From: Eledone cirrhosa
Taxonomy: Eukaryota
Assembly: GCA_964016885.1 (NCBI GenBank)
Contig: OZ024752.1
Span: 7,874,001-7,938,000, forward strand
Length of the DNA: 64,000 bases
Direction: 5' to 3'
Each line of letters opens with the position of its first letter. Position 1 is the stretch's first letter. This document shows positions 24,377 through 38,914 of the stretch, piece after piece. The notes under the pieces were generated by a model. That model was given only the letters and a program-made list of their open reading frames with translations, was not told the DNA's origin and did no database searches. Position numbers and translations under genes: made by a program.

Positions 24377-25314
24377 GCACCTCATAAGAGATTTCTTGGG
24401 TCTTTTAATAAGGACCTCATCATGAAAATGAATGTGAAATGAAATATCTTGCTTAAGAACACAATGCTCTGCCTAGTCCAAGTATCGAACCCATGATGTG
24501 AACCCTTGTGACCACGAGTCCAACACACACCATTAGGTCATGTGACTTCATTTTATGTCTGCTTTCTAAGCTGGCATGGGTTGGAGGTCAGAGCATATTT
24601 TGGTATGGTTATATTCTAGCATGGGTTAGACAAGTTATCCTGTTGTGAGACAAGCCAGATCAGGTGACCATGTCTTGCTCATACAGAAGAGTTTCTGGTT
24701 TGGTTTCTATGGTTATATTCTAGCATGGGTTTGACAAGTTATGTTGTGAGACAAGCCGGATCAGGTGACCATGTCTTGCCCATACAGAAGAGTTTCTGTT
24801 TTGGTTTCTATGGCTGGATGCCCTTCCTAATACCAACCACCACACAAGGTGTATTGGGTGCTTTTTTTGTGAGACAAGCAACAGCACTTTAGTGGAATAG
24901 GTGAAATTTATGATGACAGCAAGACTAGCAGATTACAAGATGTACTGGATGTCTTTTATTGGAGTACCAGCCCAGGTAGAAATGGTGTTTACAGAAGGAA
25001 AATAACATCTTTTGGCAGAACACCTGATAACAACTATTTTTTCCTCCTTAATCCTTATTTTAAATGTTCACATATTTAGTTATAAGTTATAAGGAAGATA
25101 ACATTTGAAGGGTTTGTGTTACAGTTGAAATATGGAATGGACCTCAGGTGATTTCTATGATGAGCATTCCAGTTGAAATATGGAATGGACCTCAGGGGAT
25201 TTTTATGATGAGCATTCCAGTTGTTCAATTAACAGGGCAACTTGCACATGAAATTAATGTGCAAATGGCTGAGTACTCCAACTCCTCTACCTAAGGCAAT
25301 ATATATATATATAT

Positions 25315-25442
25315 AATTACAACAGTGATATAAACAAGTACTCAAGTTTCATTGCGTTCTGGGCCCCAATTCAACAGGCTGAATGAATTGGGGCCCAGAA
25401 CCCAACGAAACTTGAGTACTTGTTTATGTCACTGTTGTAATT
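25315..25442 (+). mobile_element. Fold-back element hairpin; its tail is displaced to ~26883-26955 by a LINE insertion
   Basis: AATTACAACAGTGA...TCACTGTTGTAATT inverted arms next to a (TA)n run. Confidence 0.75.
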
Positions 25443-26875
25443 CATCATCATCATCATCATCGTTTAACGTCTATCTTCCACACTTGCATAGGTTTAGACA
25501 GGAGTTGTTCCACGTGAGGCAAGATTAGTTGTCTTGCTCGTATAGGACTGTCTGGCAGGTTTTCTACGGCTGGATGCCTTTCCTAACACCAACCACGTTT
25601 ACAGAGTGGACTGGGAGGTTTTTACCGTGTTACCTACACGGCCACATTACAGCGTGGACTGTGTGTTTTTTTGTCGTGACACCTACACGACCTCATTTGT
25701 TTAGGACTGGATGTTGTGGTACCAACATAACTTTACATCAAAAGGGGTGTGTGGATGGGCGTGGGGGTAGTGGGATGGGGGTGTATTTTTGGTTAGGAGG
25801 TGCCTACTGACTGTAGGTTTCGCTTTGTACTTAGGTAAGGTGGGTCTTCTGTATTACTGTGTAGCGCCAAAGATCTCGGTCCAGTGACATGTCTCGGAGA
25901 GGTGTAAGTGTGTAAGGTCGGAATTTATCAAATCGTCCCAGGTTTTTCTGGGTCTGCCTACACCGTAGCTTCTATCTATTTTGATCGCGCTGCACTTTTT
26001 TATACAGCTGTCGTCTTTCATGCGCATCACGTGACCATACCAACGTAGTCTTCTCTCGAGTAGACAACATCTGATCCCTCTTATTCCTAATTTCTCACTT
26101 AGTTCAATTTATGCTTTGCCGTTCATGTATATTACTATTACACATCCAACGGAGCATGCAAGCTTCGTTCCTTTCCAGTCTGCGCAGATCCTCTGCACAC
26201 AATGCCCAAGTCTCACTGCCATGTAACATTGCTGTTCGTATGCAGGCATCATACAGCCTGCCTTTCATTTTTAGAGAGAAACCTTTAGCAGCCAATAGTG
26301 GTATAAGCTCTCTGAACTTTTTCTATCCCGTTCTGACTCTAGCTACTGTACTTTCAGAGCACCCTCCACCACTGCTGATTTTGTCACCCAGGTAACGGAA
26401 GGTGTCCACTATTTCTATAGAACCATCTGGGCAATGGAAGGAGCTAGTATCCTGTGGGCACTTGCTACTACTTATTGCACCTGAGCATCGGCCACATATA
26501 AAATCTATGTTCTTAGTTAGCTTACCTGTGATCATACTACATCTTTTATGCACCCATACTTTGCATTTGGGACATAAAATGGAATTTCTGCCTACTCCTT
26601 TCCTACACACTGAGCATGGCCATTTCCCAGAGGGGACCAGTGCCCTATTTTCCTTCCTACATACTAGAACTTTAGTCTTAGACAAGTTAATTTTAAGGCC
26701 TTTTGATTCTAGGCCATGCTTCCATGTTTGGAATTTCTTCTCTAGTTCAGCCATTGATTCAGCTATGAGCGTTAGATCATCTGTGTATAGGAGTTCCCAT
26801 GGGCAGCCAGTCTTGAACTCCTCTGTTATAGCCTGAAGGGCAATAATAAATAGGAGGGGGCTAAGGACAGAGCCC
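25443..26875 (-). mobile_element. 5'-truncated RTE-type LINE (RT C-terminal half, 3' UTR, (ATG)n tail) with TGTAATT target-site duplication
   Basis: GSVLSPLLFII...WELLYTDDL...MLHGSETW...RLRWYGHVMRM; TGTAATT at 25436-42 and 26876-82; at least one in-frame stop. Confidence 0.9.
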
Positions 26876-27444
26876 TGTAATTATTTATACTAAACTCGTC
26901 CTACGGACTGAGTGCTCTTACTCTTGGATATTTCCACTTAACTTTTACTTCAGTATATATATTGCTTTATGTAGAGGGGCCTAATAAAAAAAAGCATGGT
27001 GTCTGACGCTCTACCGATTCTGCCAATCCATATATAATGAAGAATATAAGAGGTTGTCTGAGGTTCTGATTGGCTAAAAGGTCTTTGAAAATGTGAATTG
27101 CTTCAGTTCCAACAGTTTGATTGTGAAATGAAGGGACTTAGTCAAATAAGAACTGAGAAATACTATAATATATTTGTTTAGGGTAACAAAGTATGACTAG
27201 AACTGTTGAATAGATGAGAGAGGGGGGTAGGGGCAGAGAGGAGGGAGTAGCGGGGGAGAGAGGGTAGCAGAGAGAGAGAGACAGAGAGAGAATGACAAAT
27301 ATATATATAGAGAGAAATAGAGAGAATGAATGGGAGGAGAAAAAGAGAGAGAGTGAGAGAGAGAGAAAAAAAGACAGAGAAAAGAGAGAGTGAATGAGAG
27401 AGAAAAAGAGAGTGAATGAGAGAGAGAAAGAGAATGAATAAATG

Positions 27445-27519
<75 letters not shown>

Positions 27520-27825
27520 GTGTAAGAACTGTCCAGAAAATAGAAGGTAAGTTTGCTAAGCTATAATAGTTTAGGAGCCATCTTAGTTTTATTGATTCCA
27601 ACAGCTGTGGCTAGTTTCTGGTAAATGAGGAGAGAGACCAGTCTAATGGTATAATGGCGCCGACGTTTCTGAGAGTCAGCCAAGAGGTAGATGTTGCTGA
27701 CATATGTATTAAGGTAATCAGTCTATTCTAGAAAGTTCTTTCATCTTTCAACTAAAAAACTATAGCTTGTAGTTCAAAGTGGAAAGGGGAGAGAGAAAAT
27801 CTTGACAAATACAAATGGTGTACAT

Positions 27826-28250
27826 CCACCGCCACCACCACCGTCGCAGCCATCGACACCGCCACCACCGCCGCAGCCATCGACACCACCACCACCACCA
27901 CCACCACCAGCAACACTCCTACAACCAGCACCAACAGCGATATACCACCACCACCGCCACCGCCACCAGTATCAACAACACCCCCTACAACCAACACCAC
28001 TAGCAGTATCAGACCTATTACCACCACCACCATCACCGCCGCCACCACCAGCATCACCAGCATCACCGCCACCACCACCACCACCAGCCGTATCAGCATC
28101 AGACCCACTACCACCACCACCACCACCACCACCAGTATCAGCATCAGACCCACTACCACCACCACCACCAGCATCAAAAACAGCCCCTTCAACCACCACC
28201 ACCACCACCACCACCACCACCACCACCACCACCACCACCAGCAGCACCAG
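27826..28250 (+). repeat. (CCA)n-rich low-complexity tract
   Basis: Direct inspection. Confidence 0.9.
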
Positions 28251-28571
28251 TAGCAGACAACTTTTGGTTAATCAGGTGGGTTGAAATTTGGTAAGTTAGG
28301 CAAGCTAATATGGCTAAAAGGAGAAGTGGAAAAGCATGAAATTAGGGCAATAAAACCTTCCTTTCTCTCACAGCTTCATTTCACTTGACTTTCTTCCTCT
28401 GAAGACAGATCCATTATTCCACACTTGCAGCATTGTTCTTATACAACATGTTATACAAGCTCCATTTTACTAGTTCTTATAAGGAACCACACATACACAG
28501 ATTATTTCACAATATTTCACAGGACAAGCTATAATTGATAGGGCTTTCATCGAACACTTTATATTCTTTGA

Positions 28572-29030
28572 TTGGTTTTAGTCATTAGACTGTGGCCATG
28601 CTGGGGCACCACCTTTAAGGGTCAATTGTAGCAAGTCCAGTACTGTTTTACTGGTTTCAGTCGTTAAACTGTGGCCATGCTGGGGCACCACTCTGAAGGG
28701 ATTTAGTCAATTGTAGTAAGTTCAGTACTCTTTTACTGGTTTCAGTCTTTAAACTGTGGCCATGCTGGGGCACCACCTTTAACGGATTTAGTCAATTGTA
28801 TTGTCCCCAATACAGTTTTACTAGTTTTAGTCATTAGACTGTGACCATGCTGGGGCACTACTTTGAAGGGATTTAGTTGGATTATATTGACCCCAGTAAT
28901 CTTTTACTGGTTTCAGTCATTAGACTGTGGCCATGCTGGGGCACCACTTCAAGGTATTTAGTTGATTGCATCAAGTCCAATACTTATTTTATCGATCTCT
29001 TCTTGCCAACCTCTAAGTTACAAGACATAA
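28572..29030 (+). repeat. ~80-86-bp tandem repeat (5 copies), probably SINE-derived
   Basis: Core ACTGTGGCCATGCTGGGGCACCAC at ~28590, 28669, 28754, 28839, 28925. Confidence 0.75.
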
Positions 29031-29959
29031 ACAAACAGCCAACAAAAACACAGAACACACACATACGTATATACAGACGTGTGTTGTGTGTGTGTGATGG
29101 TCTTCCTGCACAGTCTCCACCAACCAAATTTCCCTCATATAGCATTAGTGAACCTGATTGTTTAACTCTTTCACTAACAAATTTTAAATGTAAGATGTTG
29201 CTTTTATTTTCAGATCATTTTGAAAATAATAAAGAATTTGGAGAGAGTTATGACTGGTACATAGTATCAGCAATGAAAAGACCAATGGAAACATTGTTTC
29301 CTTGGTCTGATTTGACAAGTTCCATTCCACTCAGTAAGTGAATGAAGTCTGGGTTCTTGTTTTTTGACCAATAATAAAATTACTTTCTCTTTATCAAGTT
29401 TCTGATTGGAGCATAACTTAACAAAGGTTCTTATATAAAATTATGATGGAAGGTTTTTAAACAAATGTAAATACTTTAAGATAAACAGTTTTGTGTTTTA
29501 GAAGAAGGAACAGTTTTATGCAGGGTCATATCAAAAGTCCTTTGGTACCAACTGATACTGAAACTGACTACATAGAATACAAAATGACCATTTTAAAGTG
29601 TTTATACTTATATTAAAACATTACATTATAATTTTATTTGAGAACTTTTTGCTAAATTATGTTCTGAAGATCAGCAATAGGTAAGTTAGTCATATTACAA
29701 ATCTATCTATCTAGGGCGGGTAAAATTCCCGAGATAAAAATAAATCCCTCCATTAGAAATACTATCAGAAAACCACCCTCTGGGCAGCTTTCTGCTAGCA
29801 TGTGAGGTGTGTATATTGATATTATACGCAAGTATATACACATGTAGATATGATACATCAAATAAAATCATAATTGAGAGTATACACAGAAATTGGAGAG
29901 AGACTGTTACACTGTCTTCTGTAATCAGTAAAGTCATCCATGATACATTTAAAAAAGAC

Positions 29960-30258
29960 GATATTATATATAAACTGGATTATGGTGATATTATATATAA
30001 ACTGGATTATGGTGATATTATATATAAACTGGATTATGGTGATATTATATATAAACTGGATTATGGTGATATTATATATAAACTGGATTATGGTGATATT
30101 ATATATAAACTGGATTATGGTGATATTATATATAAACTGGATTATGGTGATATTATATATAAACTGGATTATGGTGATATTATATATAAACTGGATTATG
30201 GTGATATTATATATAAACTGGATTATGGTGATATTATATATAAACTGGATTATGGTGA
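29960..30258 (+). repeat. 27-bp minisatellite (11 copies)
   Basis: GATATTATATATAAACTGGATTATGGT. Confidence 0.95.
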
Positions 30259-31017
30259 AATGTTATGAAAACGGAAAAGGAGAAAATGAGAATAATGATG
30301 GAAATATAAACGTTATCATATAACGATACAAATATATGAACGTCTATATATAATGGTATAGAAGAGATGTGATATAGCAATGAAAATATAGTGTACGGTG
30401 AAGTGTTATGATATAATGGACGCTAATGGAAGTGTTGACATTTGAAAATATTAAAAGAAGTGAATCTTGAAATGAGCAATAATTTAAATATAAGAATATT
30501 TATGTTTAATCAAGAGCTAAGAAATTTAGTGGATAAATTACATAATATTCATTAATTATTCAGTATCAGTAGAGGGTCGGACGCCATGCTTTGACGCAAA
30601 GAGTTACGTCCCTTTATGGTCTGAGTTCAAATACGGCGAGGTTAACTTTGCCTTTCATCCTTACGGGGTCGATAAAATAAAGTACCAGTAATACACTGGG
30701 TTAATTGCTGGCCTTGTGCCAAATGTAGAAACAATTATATATAATATGGTAACAAAAGGGTTAACAAACCCCCCACCCACCCCATAGTTACAGACACTGC
30801 TCTTCCTTCCTTGATTAAACAGTAAAAAATAAATAAAAGTTAAAAAACTAAAAATTAAAAGAAAAGGAAAAAAAAGTTCCAAGTGTGTTACCATAACAAC
30901 TGGACAGAACTAGCCAAAGCCAAATAACCATTGTTTTGTCTGGCAACAGTTCAATAGAATTTCACAAAATAATTCTTTATTTTATACCGTACAACTCTAG
31001 TTTCAGTCATAACACAT

Positions 31018-32804
31018 TTAACCCTCTAGTATTTAAACCAGCCATATCCAGCCAGAATTCTCTCACCTCTTTCTGTTCAAACTGCCCATAACCGGCTGCT
31101 CATACTGATGTTAAGGTGTTGTTCTCAAAATAAATATCAAAATCTCATAGATTTGATATTATGAGAGATATTATGTAAGATAAAGCCTTTACCATGAAAA
31201 TATAGTATATATATAGAGTAATGTAAATGTTATGCGAGATATATTGTAAGATAAAGCCTTTACTGTGACAATACAATAGTATATATAGAGTAATGTAAAT
31301 GTTATGTGAGATATTATGAGGTAAAGCCTTTACTGTGAAAATACAATAGTATATATAGAGTAATGTAAATGTTATGTGAGATATTATGAGGTAAAGCCTT
31401 TACTGTGAAAATACAATAGTATATATAGAGTAATGTAAATGTTATGTGAGAAATTATGTGAGGTAAAGCCTTTACTGTGAAAATACAATAGTATATATAG
31501 AGTAATGAAAATGTTATGTGAGATATTATGAGGTAAAGCCTTTACTGTGAAAATACAATAGTATATATAGAGTAATGTAAATGTTATGTGAGATATTATG
31601 AGGTAAAGCCTTTACTGTGAAAATACAATAGTATATATAGAGTAATGTAAATGTTATGTGAGATATTATGTGAGGTAAAGCCTTTACTGTGAAAATACAA
31701 TAGTATATATAGAGTAATGTAAATGTTATGTGAGATATTATGAGGTAAAGCCTTTACTGTGAAAATACAATAGTATATATAGAGTAATGTAAATGTTACG
31801 TGAGATATTATGAGGTAAAGCCTTTACTGTGAAAATACAATAGTATATATAGAGTAATGTAAATGTTATGTGAGATATTATTTGAGGTAAAGCCTTTACT
31901 GTGAAAATACAATAGTATATATAGAGTAATGTAAATGTTATGTGAGATATTATGAGGTAAAGCCTTTACTGTGAAAATACAATAGTATATATAGAGTAAT
32001 GTAAATGTTATGTGAGATATTATGAGGTAAAGCCTGTACTGTGAAAATACAATAGTATATATAGAGTAATGTAAATGTTATGTGAGATATTATGTGAGGT
32101 AAAGACTTTACTGTGAAAATACAATAGTATATATAGAGTAATGTAAATGGTATGTGAGATATTATGTGAGGGAAAGACTTTACTATGAAAATATAGTATA
32201 TATAGAGTAATGTAAATGTTATGTGAGATATTATGTGAGGTAAAGACTTTACTGTGAAAATACAATAGTATATATAGAGTAATGTAAATGTTATGTGAGA
32301 TATTATGAGGTAAAGTCTTTACTGTGAAAATACAATAGTATATATAGAGTAATGTAAATGTTATGTGAGATATTATGTGAGGTAAAACCTTTACTGTGAA
32401 AATACAATAGTATATATAAAGTAATGTAAATGGTATGTGAGATATTATGTGAGGTAAAACCTTTACTGTGAAAATACAATAGTATATATAAAGTAATGTA
32501 AATGTTATGTGAGATATTATGTGAGGTAAAACCTTTACTGTGAAAATACAATAGTATATATAAAGTAATGTAAATGTTATGTGAGATATTATGTGAGGTA
32601 AAACCTTTACTGTGAAAATACAATAGTATATATAAAGTAATGTAAATGGTATGTGAGGTATTATGTGAGGTAAAGACTTTACTGTGACAATACAATAGTA
32701 TATATAGAGTAATGTAAATGGTATGTGAGATATTATGTGAGGTAAAGACTTTACTGTGAAAATACAATAGTATATATGGAGTAATGTAAATGGTAAAGGG
32801 TTAA
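31018..32804 (-). mobile_element. Complete TTAA MITE with ~23-unit array
   Basis: TTAACCCTCTAG ... GGTAAAGGGTTAA; the right TTAA is shared with an adjacent CCC-starting element. Confidence 0.85.
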
Positions 32805-33354
32805 CCCTTTTATGACCAGATCTCTAATGAAATATATAGCCTATAGGTTTCAATTAATTAAAAAAAATAATAAAATATTTGAAGGAATTTAATGAAATAG
32901 TCAGGATTTTCATTGGTAAGCCAGCAATAGTTTGATTTAGACACGATTTTGGGGGAGGGGAAAGACGATTAAATCAACCCCAGTGTGTTACTGGTACTCT
33001 ATTTTATCGACTCTGTAAAGATGAAAGGCAAAGTTAACCTCGGCAAGATTTGATCTCGGAATGTATAGGGCCATAACTTTATGTCACAAAGCATGTTAAC
33101 CCTTTCATGACTGCAATTTCTAATGAAATACACACTATTTCATTTAATTAATGAAAATGTTTGAGAGATTTACTAAAATTATTAATTATTTCATTACAAT
33201 GATAGCAACTTAATGTAAGGTTCTTATATAAAATTGTGATGGAATATTTTTAGATGAATAAATAACTGTTTCTACTTTTGGCACAAGGCCAGCAATTATC
33301 CCTGTGCATGACTGGTACTTTATTTTATCGACCCTGTAAGGATGAAAGGCAAAT

Positions 33355-35225
33355 TATTGTGTACAGTGCTCAGGTGGACTACAACTCATCAAAGGTGCAC
33401 GTATAGTACATAGAATAATGAACAAATGTCAGGAAATTGAACAGTGTCTGAATCATGATATACACACAGATACATGTGTGTGTGTATGGAGGGGGAATAT
33501 CAGGTGTAGTGTTGGTGAATTTCAGGAAGCATGGAGGTTTTAAAGGATGCCGTGTCTCGACAGCTAACAACTGATGTAGGTAGTTTGTTCCATGGAGGTT
33601 TTAAAAGATGCAGTGTCTCGACAGCTAACAACTGATGCAGGGAGTTTGTTCCATGGAGGTTTTAAAGGATGCAGTGTCTCGACAGCTAACAACTGATGCA
33701 GGGAGTTTGTTCCATGGAGGTTTTAAAGGATGCAGTGTCTCGACAGCTAACAACTGATGTAGGTAGTTTGTTCCATGGAGGTTTTAAAGGATGCAGTGTC
33801 TCAACAGCTAACAGCTGATGCAAGTAGTTTGTTCCATGGAGGTTTTAAAGGATGCAGTGTCTCGACAGCTAACAACTGATGTAGGTAGTTTGTTCCATGG
33901 AGGTTTTAAAGGATGCAGTGTCTCGACAGCTAACAACTGATGTAGGTAGTTTGTTCCATGGAGGTTTTAAAGGATGCAGTGTCTCGACAGCTAACAACTG
34001 ATGTAGGTAGTTTGTTCCATGGAGGTTTTAAAGGATGTAGTGTCTCGACAGCTAACAACTGATGTAGGTAGTTTGTTCCATGGAGGTTTTAAAGGATGCA
34101 GTGTCTCGACAGCTAACAACTGATGCAGGGAGTTTGTTCCATGGAGGTTTTAAAGGATGCAGTGTCTCGACAGCTAACAACTGATTCAGGTAGTTTGTTC
34201 CATGGAGGTTTTAAAGGATGCAGTGTCTCCACAGCTAACAACTGATGCAAGTAGTTTGTTCCATGGAGGTTTTAAAGGATGCAGTGTCTCAACAGCTAAC
34301 ATCTGATGCAGGTAGTTTGTTCCATGGAGGTTTTAAAGGATGCAGTGTCTCAACAGCTAACAACTGATGCAGGTAGTTTGTTCCATGGAGGTTTTAAAGG
34401 ATGCAGTGTCTCGACAGCTAACAACTGATGTAGGTAGTTTGTTCCATGGAGGTTTTAAAGGATGCAGTGTCTCGACAGCTAACAACTGATGTAGGTAGTT
34501 TGTTCCATGGAGGTTTTAAAGGATGCAGTGTCTCAACAGCTAACAACTGATGCAGGTAGTTTGTTCCATGGAGGTTTTAAAGGATGCAGTGTCTCGACAG
34601 CTAACAACTGATGTAGGTAGTTTGTTCCATGGAGGTTTTAAAGGATGCAGTGTCTCGACAGCTAACAACTGATGTAGGTAGTTTGTTCCATGGAGGTTTT
34701 AAAGGATGCAGTGTCTCGACAGCTAACAACTGATGTAGGTAGTTTGTTCCATGGAGGTTTTAAAGGATGCAGTGTCTCAACAGCTAACAACTGATGCAGG
34801 TAGTTTGTTCCATGGAGGTTTTAAAGGATGCAGTGTCTCGACAGCTAACAACTGATGCAGGTAGTTTGTTCCATGGAGGTTTTAAAGGATGCAGTGTCCC
34901 GAGAGCTAACAACTGATGTAGGTAGTTTGTTCCATGGGGGTTTTAAAGGATGCAGTGTCTCGACAGCTTACAACTGATGCAGGTAGTTTGTTCCATGGAG
35001 GTTTTAAAGGATGCAGTGTCTCGGCAGCTAACAACTGATGTAGGTAGTTTGTTCCATGGAGGTTTTAAAGGATGCAGTGTCTCAACAGCTAACAACTGAT
35101 GTAGGTAGTTTGTTCCATGGAGGTTTTAAAGGATGCAGTGTCTCGGCAGCTAACAACTGATGTAGGTAGTTTGTTCCATGAAGGTTTTAAAGGATGCAAT
35201 GTCTTGGCAGCTTAAAACTGATGTA
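33355..35225 (-). mobile_element. CR1/L2-type LINE 3' end whose last coding segment is amplified as a 61-bp array (~28 copies, 33530-35225)
   Basis: Unit translates on - as WNKLPASVVSCRDTASFKTSM; 3' UTR-like sequence at 33355-33500. Confidence 0.75.
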
Positions 35226-35616
35226 TAAACACTTTAAAATAAACAGCATAGAATGAGAGAAGCAGGGTTGGTTTCAGATAGTTTGCTATGTAAAGGGTTT
35301 AAATGATAATTTATTCTAGCTACAGATCTCTAACAGCAAGTGATTAATGGTAAGCTATATAGTTGCTCTGCTGATGGTACCAGATGCAAGACAACTTCTA
35401 GTTGTCACCTTGAATTACACATACTTTTCTGGCAGCTGTGCTCAGCATCTATATTAAGATTATATATACTGTGAAATACGATGTCGGCAACATTAACTAA
35501 CCCATGAACTTCCATTTATAGCTTCTTCTTCTTCTTCTTCTTAGGTTTATGTGTTGTCTTCCTCAGGGCCAGGCCAGAGAAAGTTTTCAAGTCTGGTAGG
35601 TGTTGACTGACTGGTC

Positions 35617-35799
35617 TATATATGTCTGTATATGCACACGCACACACATATATATACATATACACACATATATATATACACACACATATACATACATACA
35701 CACATATATACACACACACATATATACACACACACATATATACACACATACATATATATATACACACATATATATACATATATACACATATATATACAC

Positions 35800-35830
<31 letters not shown>

Positions 35831-36350
35831 CATACACACACACATATACACACATACATATATATATATACACACACACATATATATATACATATATACA
35901 CACACACATACATATATATACATATATATATACACACACACATATATATATATATATACATATACACACACGTATATATACACACACACACACACATACA
36001 TATATACACATATATATACATATATACACACACACATATATATACATATATACACACACACATATATATACATATATACACACACACATACATATATATA
36101 TATATACACACCTATATATACATATACACACACACACATATATACATACACACACGCACATATATACATATACACACACACACATATATATGTATATATA
36201 CACGCAAGTATATATATTTATATATATATATATGAGAGAGAGAGACAGACAGACAGAGAGAAGAGAGAGAGAGAGAAAGAGCTAGAAAGAGAGAGAAAAG
36301 AAAAACAACCCAGAATATGGTAAAAATTGAGAATATTAAACGTTCAAATG

Positions 36351-36386
<36 letters not shown>

Positions 36387-36510
36387 GTACACAAATATAT
36401 ATACACACACATGTACACAAATATATATATATATATACACATGTACACAAATATATACATATACACACATGTACACAAATATATATATATATATACACAC
36501 ACATATATAT
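35617..36510. repeat. Compound (TA/CA/GA)n microsatellite
   Basis: Direct inspection. Confidence 0.95.
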
Positions 36511-36564
36511 TTGGGGGTGACAGATATAATAAGGCTGTTGTGGGAAAGTTATTTATTATATATA

Positions 36565-37010
36565 TAGTGGTGGTGGTGGTGATAATGGTGGTGGTGGTTG
36601 TGCTGTAGTGGTGGTGGTGATAGTAGTGGTGGTGGTGGTTGTGCTATAGTGGTGGTGGTGTAGTGGTGGTAGTGATAGTAGTGGTGGTGATGGTGGTGGT
36701 GGTGTAGTGATAGTGGTGGTTGTGGTGTAGTGGTGGTGGTGTAGTGGTGGTGATGTAGTGGTGGTGGTGGTGGTGATAGTGGTGTGGTGGTGGTGATAAT
36801 GGTGGTTGTGATAGTGGTAGTGGTGGTGGTTGTGATGGTGATGGTGTAGTGGTGGTGGTGGTGGTGATAGTGGTGGTGGTGTAGTGGTGGTTGTGATAGT
36901 GGTAGTGGTGGTGGTTGTGATGGTGATGGTGTAGTGGTGGTGATAATGATGGTGGTGGTGGTGGTTGTAGTTGTAGTGATGGCAATGGTGGTGGGTGTAG
37001 TGGTTGTGGA
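36565..37010 (+). repeat. (GTG/GTA)n low-complexity tract
   Basis: Direct inspection. Confidence 0.9.
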
Positions 37011-37220
37011 AGTATATACATGTACTCTCGGGTCCCAAACAATAGGGTGGTGGAGGGAGGGGGGGTTAATTTTTCTAGGTTGTCGACGTTGATATATTTT
37101 TAAAAACCAGAATTAGTCATTTAGTTTACATATTGAGACCCCAACCCATCCTATTTATTTTATAACATATGGGATTTCTAGTAATGGACCTTTTTGGACA
37201 TCTTTAATGTTTTTTAATGT

Positions 37221-37449
37221 CTAACCCTTCAGCATTTACATTACGCTATATTTAGTATGATATTTTCACAGTAAACACTTTATTTCACATAATTATCTCA
37301 CATAATATCGAATCTATGAGATTTTGATACTATTTATTTTGAGAACAATACCTTAACATAAATGTGAGCAGCTGGTTACAGCCGGTTTAAACAGAAATAG
37401 GTGAGAGAGTTCTGGCCGGATATGGCCGGTTTAAATGCTAAAGGGCTAA
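37221..37449 (+). mobile_element. Minimal single-unit TTAA MITE (~230 bp)
   Basis: CTAACCCTTCAGCATTTACA ... AATGCTAAAGGGCTAA; likely the unexpanded form of the family. Confidence 0.75.
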
Positions 37450-37922
37450 AGAAAATTAATTGTCGCAGGAATTCTACCAATTAAAATAAAATTTCACTGG
37501 AGATAGATTAGCAAAATTTAATAACTGGAGGCTGGAAACAATTTGAAAGATTAATAAGCAGGTGGATGGGTTGGCTGGGGGGTATTTGAGACCCGTGGGT
37601 ACGTTAGGAAGGACATCCAGATGTGGAATCCAAGTACAAAGAATTCAAGAGGATGAGGCACTATTTCTACTGCTGGTGCTATGATAAAATGCACCAGGTA
37701 CACTCTGCAAATTGGTTGGCATTAGGAAGGGCATTCAGACATAGCACCCATGCCAAGATTGAAACATATTTGAGTAAGACATCCTTTGATACATTTGGAA
37801 GACAGGAGCTCTGATAAAGTATGAAATTGGTTTCTAATGCCTTGTCAAACCCATACCAGCATGGAAAATTGGAAATATGATGATGCTAATATATGTGTGT
37901 GTAGACATGCAAATAAATATAA

Positions 37923-38112
37923 GAGGCTCATCCAGGAGCCTCTCTTGAAGGCTCATTCTGGAGGCGCATCTTGGAAGCTCATCTTGAAGGCTCATCTCGG
38001 AAGTTCATCTTGAAGGCTCATCCAGGAGCCTCATCGTGGAGGCTCATCTTGAAGGCTCATCTTGGAGGCTCATCTCGGAAGTTCATCTTGAAGGCTCATC
38101 CCGGAGGCTCAT
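37923..38112 (+). repeat. 13-bp minisatellite (AGGCTCATCTTGA-like)
   Basis: Degenerate direct repeats. Confidence 0.8.
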
Positions 38113-38914
38113 TCCGGTTTTCGTGGCTTTAACTGACTGAGAGTACAAGACTACCCCCTGGACAGGACATCAGTCCATCACAGGGTTAAACCCCCAGCTA
38201 TTACTGGTATTCATTTTCAGCTGAGTATACTGGAGCACCATAAAATGAAGTGTTTTGCTCAAGAACACAACACACAACCCAGTCCAGGAATCAAACCCAT
38301 GACATGATTGTAAGTCCAACAGCTTTACCACTAGGTGTGTGTGTGTGTGACAGCTCACACCTATGCAGGTTTAGCTGGCCTCCTCCAAGGTATATCTCGT
38401 TGGAGGTGTCTTGGGTAACTTAATGATAGGGATCCCAGTCCCTATCATCTCATTTCGACAGCTGAGTAAACTGGAGCAACGTGAAATAAAGTGTCTTGCT
38501 CAAGGAAACAACACATCACCTGGTCCGAGAATTGAACTCACAACCTTTCGATTGCAAGCCCAATGCTCTAACCACTAGGCCACCCAACCCAGTTCAGGAG
38601 TCAAACCCACAATGTTATGATTGTAAGTCCAACACCCTTACCACTAGGCCACATGCCTTCACTCATCAACCTCATCACCTATAAATAACACATTTAGCAG
38701 TCGCTAGCAATGGAGAAACCACTGTAGTGAGAGCCCTAGTGTGCTAAACTTTCCAATGTTGAATTAGTCTTTTATCTTCTCAAGGGAAATAATATGTGCC
38801 AATAATATAATCGGATGCTCATTAGTGCTGGCAGCAAGCCAGCTTTGAGGAAACTCTCATCTCAAGTAATAACAGGAGAAAGAAAATGTACAAGATAGAA
38901 GGGAACCACTATAT

